64,000 nucleotides of DNA from the NCBI GenBank assembly GCA_016861265.1, contig BOLA01000001.1, positions 139,569 through 203,568 on the forward strand, in the 5' to 3' direction. Made by a program: the position numbers and the translations under genes. This document shows positions 60,008 to 64,000 of this stretch, piece after piece. The notes beneath the pieces are model-generated. The model searched no databases and was not told where the DNA came from. It worked only from the letters and a program-made list of their open reading frames with translations. Source of the stretch: Patescibacteria group bacterium (GTDB lineage: Bacteria > Patescibacteriota > Dojkabacteria > J137). Position 1 is the stretch's first letter, and each line of letters starts with the position of its first letter.

Positions 60008-62698
60008 ATGCTAAAGAAACTATTCACTATTAGTATAATTGTGTTTGGCGTCGTTCTGTTCTCTTTTACTCTACCGAATAAGGTATATGCTGTAACTTGT
60101 ACATGGAATGGTTCAGTGAATGAAGACTGGGATAATGCCGCAAACTGGGATCCTGGTTGTACAGGAACCGAGGGGATTCCTGGAAATGGAGATGACATAG
60201 TGCTTCCCGAAAGTCCTAATACCTACAATCTAAATAACAATATTAACAATTTAGAGTTAAACTCATTAACTATATATGGAGATTCAAATGATTATTATGA
60301 AATTTTTGGAAATGATATTAGTATTACTGAAGGTATAACAACAACCTATCAAGCTGCTACCACCACAATCTATAATAATATTACATTTACAGGCAATCAG
60401 CAGTTTAATATACAAGCAACAAATTTTAATGGAAATATAAATTTAAATGGAAATAACCTTAATATTAATGCCACCAACGATAACTCAGTTTTTAATGGAA
60501 TTATTTCTGGGGAAGGCGATATAACAAGGAGATGCAGTTGTATATTTTAATAATGATAATACATTCACTGATTCGCTTTTAATGACAGATAGTGGTGAGG
60601 TAGGACTTGGACATAATAATGGTTTTGGAACCATAACCAACACAGTTACCTTCGTGGGAAATAATTTATTCCTAATAGATGGCCCAGATTTAAATAATAT
60701 CCAATACAATTTAACAATGAGCGGGGATGTATCCGCATGGGCTATCACCGATGCGGTAATGAATGGAGATATTACATTCGAGACTCTTTCAATACAGAAT
60801 ATTTCAGGAGTTTTAACACTTAACGGTGCACTTAATGGAGATATTTTGACAAAAGATTATAACGGTGGATTAACTTTAGGAGGAAATACCTCAAATTCAT
60901 TCACAAATGAGGTAATTGTCTACGGTGGAACACTAACCCTATCAAAGCAGATGGTGCTACTGCCGTTGATGCGGATATTACTGTGGGAGATATAACGTCA
61001 GCAGTCTTGAATCAGACAGAATCGGATCAAATTAGTGACAGTGTAAATATTACAATTTATCAAGATGGTGAATGGAATCTTGATAACAACAATGAGGACA
61101 TTTATGATCTTACGCTTTATGGGGGTACAGTAACAGCAAATGGTGGAGATTTGTATGCTAGAGGTATTACAATGCAGGGTGGCCTAATTGATAGTGGGGA
61201 CTCCGGCAATATTGACCTAAGTGGGAATATACTCATACAAAATAGTAACGAAACATCTGTAATAAGAGGACACCTAACATTACTCATGGAAAGTACACAA
61301 ATTACAGTAGATGATTCCGATGAAGATGCTGACCTTGAGATAACCGCATCAATTCATGGACAAGATCAGATTGAATTTATTGGAAGGGAAATTATATTAA
61401 GTGGAGATAATAACTATACAGGAAAAACTATACTACACGATGCTGCCGAAGTGTTAGTAATGAATGCTAATGCATTCGGAACGGATGGCAACGGAACAGA
61501 AATAAATGATACCAGTTACATTATTATATATATTGAATTTTTCGATGGATATATTTACGAACCATTTGAACTAAACGGCAATGGAAACGGAACTTTTAGT
61601 GCAATTAATTCTGCGGGAAATCCTATATTAAGGGGGTTAATAACATTAAACACTGATTCTGACTTTAAAAGCCTTTCCTCAGATAACTCACTTAATATAT
61701 GGGGTAAGATTTCCGGTCTACACAATATTTCCTTTAGTTTAGATTCAGGATCAGGACCTTCTAGCATATCGTTACATAACAGCGAGAGTGATTTTATAGG
61801 CATAGTAACAATTAATAGTGGAATATTGCTCGACATACGCTCGCCTAACGCACTTAATAATAATGCGGTGGTAATTAATAATAATGCTGCATTGTCTCTA
61901 GGCATGACCGGTTTAGGAGATGGAATAAATATTAATATAGGTTCAATTTCGGGAGAAGGTGACTTAGAGGTAGTCAGTACTCTAGACGGTAATGGAAGTT
62001 TGACTATAGGTGCAGACAATACCTCCAAAACATTTAATGTAAAGATTTTAGGTGACGGAAGTATTTTTAAAGTTGGTACCGGAACGTGGACTTTAACAGG
62101 GAGTAATACAAATACAAGTACGTTTATAATAAATAATGGGAAAATTATATTTAACGGAACTGATGAATATGGTCCAGTTCAATTATCTGGTGGTACATTG
62201 GGTGGAAATGCAACACTACAAACTGTAACTGGTGATTCGGGAAGAATAGCTCCGGGCAATAGTCCAGGTGTATTACAGATTATGGGCGATCTAGTGTTAA
62301 CAGCTGATATGTCCCTTGACTTCGAATTAGACGGAACACTGGGAGACGAATATGATCATATTGCAGTATCTCAAAATGTTCAGCTCGGTAATTCTACTCT
62401 TAATCTAGACCTTTGATTTGTACCAACTATAGGTACTACATTTACTATAATTTCTACTGAGGTTGGGGGTTCAATAAATGGTATTTTTAACGGGCTTCCG
62501 AATAATTCCACATTGGTGGTAAATGGTTTTATATTTAGAATTAATTATACTGAAAATAGCGTAGTACTTACTGTAGTTGGTCTACCTACATTGGCAAGTA
62601 CAGGAACCAGTATACCTGTAGCACTTATTTTAGTAGTTATTCTAATTACAATCAGTACAATGGTATTGGCTATAAAAAAGAGAATTTCAGCTAAATAG
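60008..62698 (+). pseudogene. Disrupted gene for a large beta-helix (autotransporter-associated repeat-like) surface adhesin with a C-terminal LAxTG-type sorting signal. Two frameshifts (about 60524 and about 60947) and one in-frame TGA (62414-62416) split it into four ORFs.
   Basis: The ORFs 60008-60550, 60582-60995, 60983-62416 and 62513-62698 read as one protein when the frames are joined (…GEGDIT|QGDAVVYFNNDNTFTDSL…; …GGTLTLSK|ADGATAVDADITVGDIT…; …NLDL*FVPTIGTTFTII…). The C-terminus is GLPTLASTG plus a TM plus KKRISAK. Confidence 0.6.
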
Positions 62699-62702
62699 TC
62701 GC

Positions 62703-63053
62703 CTATTTTCTTAATATCTTTTCCATTTCTTTGCCGTTAGCAAGTTCGTCTATTAATTTATCCAGATAACGAATTTCCCTCATTGTATTATCTTCAATCT
62801 CCTCTAGCCTTACACCACAAATAACACCTTTAATTAGCGATCTGTTTGGATTCATTTTAGGGGCATGAGCATAAAAGTTTTCGAAGTCAGTCTGCTTTTC
62901 TATCTCAGATTCAATTTCGGATTGAGTATATCCTGTTAACCATCTAATAATCTCATCTACCTCCTGTTTTGTTCTTCCCTTTCTCTCTGCCTTAGCAACA
63001 TACAGCGGATAAACACTTGCAAAAGTCATTGTATAGATTCTTGGTTTGTTCAT
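62703..63053 (-). CDS. DUF2200 family protein.
   Basis: [38 protein letters not shown] matches the conserved DUF2200 N-terminus. Confidence 0.55.
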   Translation of the reverse strand: MNKPRIYTMTFASVYPLYVAKAERKGRTKQEVDEIIRWLTGYTQSEIESEIEKQTDFENFYAHAPKMNPNRSLIKGVICGVRLEEIEDNTMREIRYLDKLIDELANGKEMEKILRK

Positions 63054-63097
63054 ATATTAACCTAATAAAATGTTATCGAATAAGGAATATATTTATT

Positions 63098-63316
63098 TCA
63101 GATACCAAAGAAGTCCTTTAGCTCCTGTATTTCTTGATCGGTTATGGGATCAAACATGTACTCCTGATTCTTACCTAAACTATTAAAGGTCAGAATCAAC
63201 CGCTTAAAGTTTTGTACTTTAAATTCAACTAAATCTGTTTTTGAGTAAAATTTAGGATTATCGTCGTTGGGGCCTGTATATATTTCGATTGCGTTTACTA
63301 TTAGTTTGTAATGCAT
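63098..63316 (-). CDS. Hypothetical small protein.
   Basis: 72-aa ORF; no motif. Confidence 0.3.
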   Translation of the reverse strand: MHYKLIVNAIEIYTGPNDDNPKFYSKTDLVEFKVQNFKRLILTFNSLGKNQEYMFDPITDQEIQELKDFFGI

Positions 63317-63322
63317 TATTTG

Positions 63323-63697
63323 TTAGTTAATATTCTCTGCTAGCATTATCACCCGAGGAAGGAATATTGCCAATCCAATAATAAAGGATGTTATACCTGT
63401 CATTACAACCGCAGAAGCAGCAATGTCTTTTGCTAATTTAATTTGTGGATTCTCTTTTAGATCAATTGCATCACATGCTGCTTCAATTGCGGTGTTTATT
63501 ATCTCGGTAGTTAGTACCAGTCCACAACAAAACACAATAAACAACCATTCCATCTTTGATATGTTCAAAACATATCCGGCTATTAATACTAAACCCGTAA
63601 ATACTAACTCCATAATAAAGTTATGATTTTCCACTGTTAAAAGTTCTAGAAATCCCTCCTTGGCATGTTTATAGCTTTTGATATGTTTTTTTATCAT
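63323..63697 (-). CDS. dgkA: Diacylglycerol kinase / undecaprenol kinase family protein (DgkA).
   Basis: About 120 aa with 3 TM, and the conserved TEIINTAIEAACDAID / ASAVVMTGI pattern. Confidence 0.7.
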   Translation of the reverse strand: MIKKHIKSYKHAKEGFLELLTVENHNFIMELVFTGLVLIAGYVLNISKMEWLFIVFCCGLVLTTEIINTAIEAACDAIDLKENPQIKLAKDIAASAVVMTGITSFIIGLAIFLPRVIMLAENIN

Positions 63698-63801
63698 ATA
63701 ATATTTAAATAAATATAGTTAAAGGATTAGGCAATCAGCCGTAAAAAAACCTTGTAATAATTAAATATTACAAGGTTTAAATTCTTAAATCAATTTGTAA
63801 T

Positions 63802-63996
63802 TCAGGCTACTTTCTCCTGTACAATTTGTTTATAAAGATTCATTAAAGCTTTTTGTGCCTCTGTTAGAGGTTGACCCATTTGTACGAAATACTCTAATTG
63901 CTCACCTACTGCAACAATCTGAGATGCAGCCTCAGCCTTTGTATCTGGGTCTTCAGAATTGAAATTATTAATTAACATTCTTGCCCTTTTTCCCAT
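63802..63996 (-). CDS. Hypothetical small protein.
   Basis: 64-aa ORF near the window edge; no motif. Confidence 0.25.
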   Translation of the reverse strand: MGKRARMLINNFNSEDPDTKAEAASQIVAVGEQLEYFVQMGQPLTEAQKALMNLYKQIVQEKVA

Positions 63997-64000
63997 AGGT

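Noticed and set aside
62414-62416. In-frame TGA within the adhesin gene as evidence for a recoded genetic code (TGA=Gly, code 25 as in some CPR lineages).
   Set aside because: TGA terminates full-length housekeeping genes here (e.g. gpmI at 10895-10897, overlapping the next ATG). Conserved proteins end at canonical lengths with the standard code.

Overview
This is a low-GC (about 32-35%) bacterial window with short intergenic spacers, GC-rich hairpin terminators, few Shine-Dalgarno sites and giant surface proteins, a profile consistent with a Patescibacteria/CPR-like lineage. Core content: (1) a dense glycolysis/fermentation cluster in the first 11 kb (eno, ldh, class I fbaB, an archaeal-type tpi, gap, pgk, pfk, gpmI); (2) a division/cell-wall block (mraZ-rsmH-ftsL-ftsI, ftsE-ftsX, murJ, sppA, secG) plus pnp, def, cca, ksgA and trhO; (3) an accessory surface-protein region of two tandem paralogous cohesin-like proteins, one carrying a clear C-terminal dockerin and Cys-rich tandem repeats, a 2517-aa giant protein with Ig-like repeats and carboxypeptidase-regulatory-like C-terminal anchoring, and a neighbouring PrgI-like protein sharing that C-terminal domain; (4) a small high-GC island (about 50% GC, strong SD sites) encoding two paralogous small proteins next to an M16-like peptidase and a PQQ-type beta-propeller dehydrogenase; (5) a tRNA-flanked glycan synthesis/export island (GT4, methyltransferase, tandem DUF616-like GT, GT2, Wzm/Wzt ABC exporter) with a 20-bp duplicate of the tRNA-Leu 5' end; (6) a disrupted beta-helix adhesin pseudogene with a LAxTG-type sorting signal. 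Three tRNAs were found by eye (Leu-UAA, Asp-GUC, Leu-GAG). Several mini-islands of raised GC encode small membrane proteins with SD sites, unlike host genes. All calls rest on motif recognition by eye; no searches were run.
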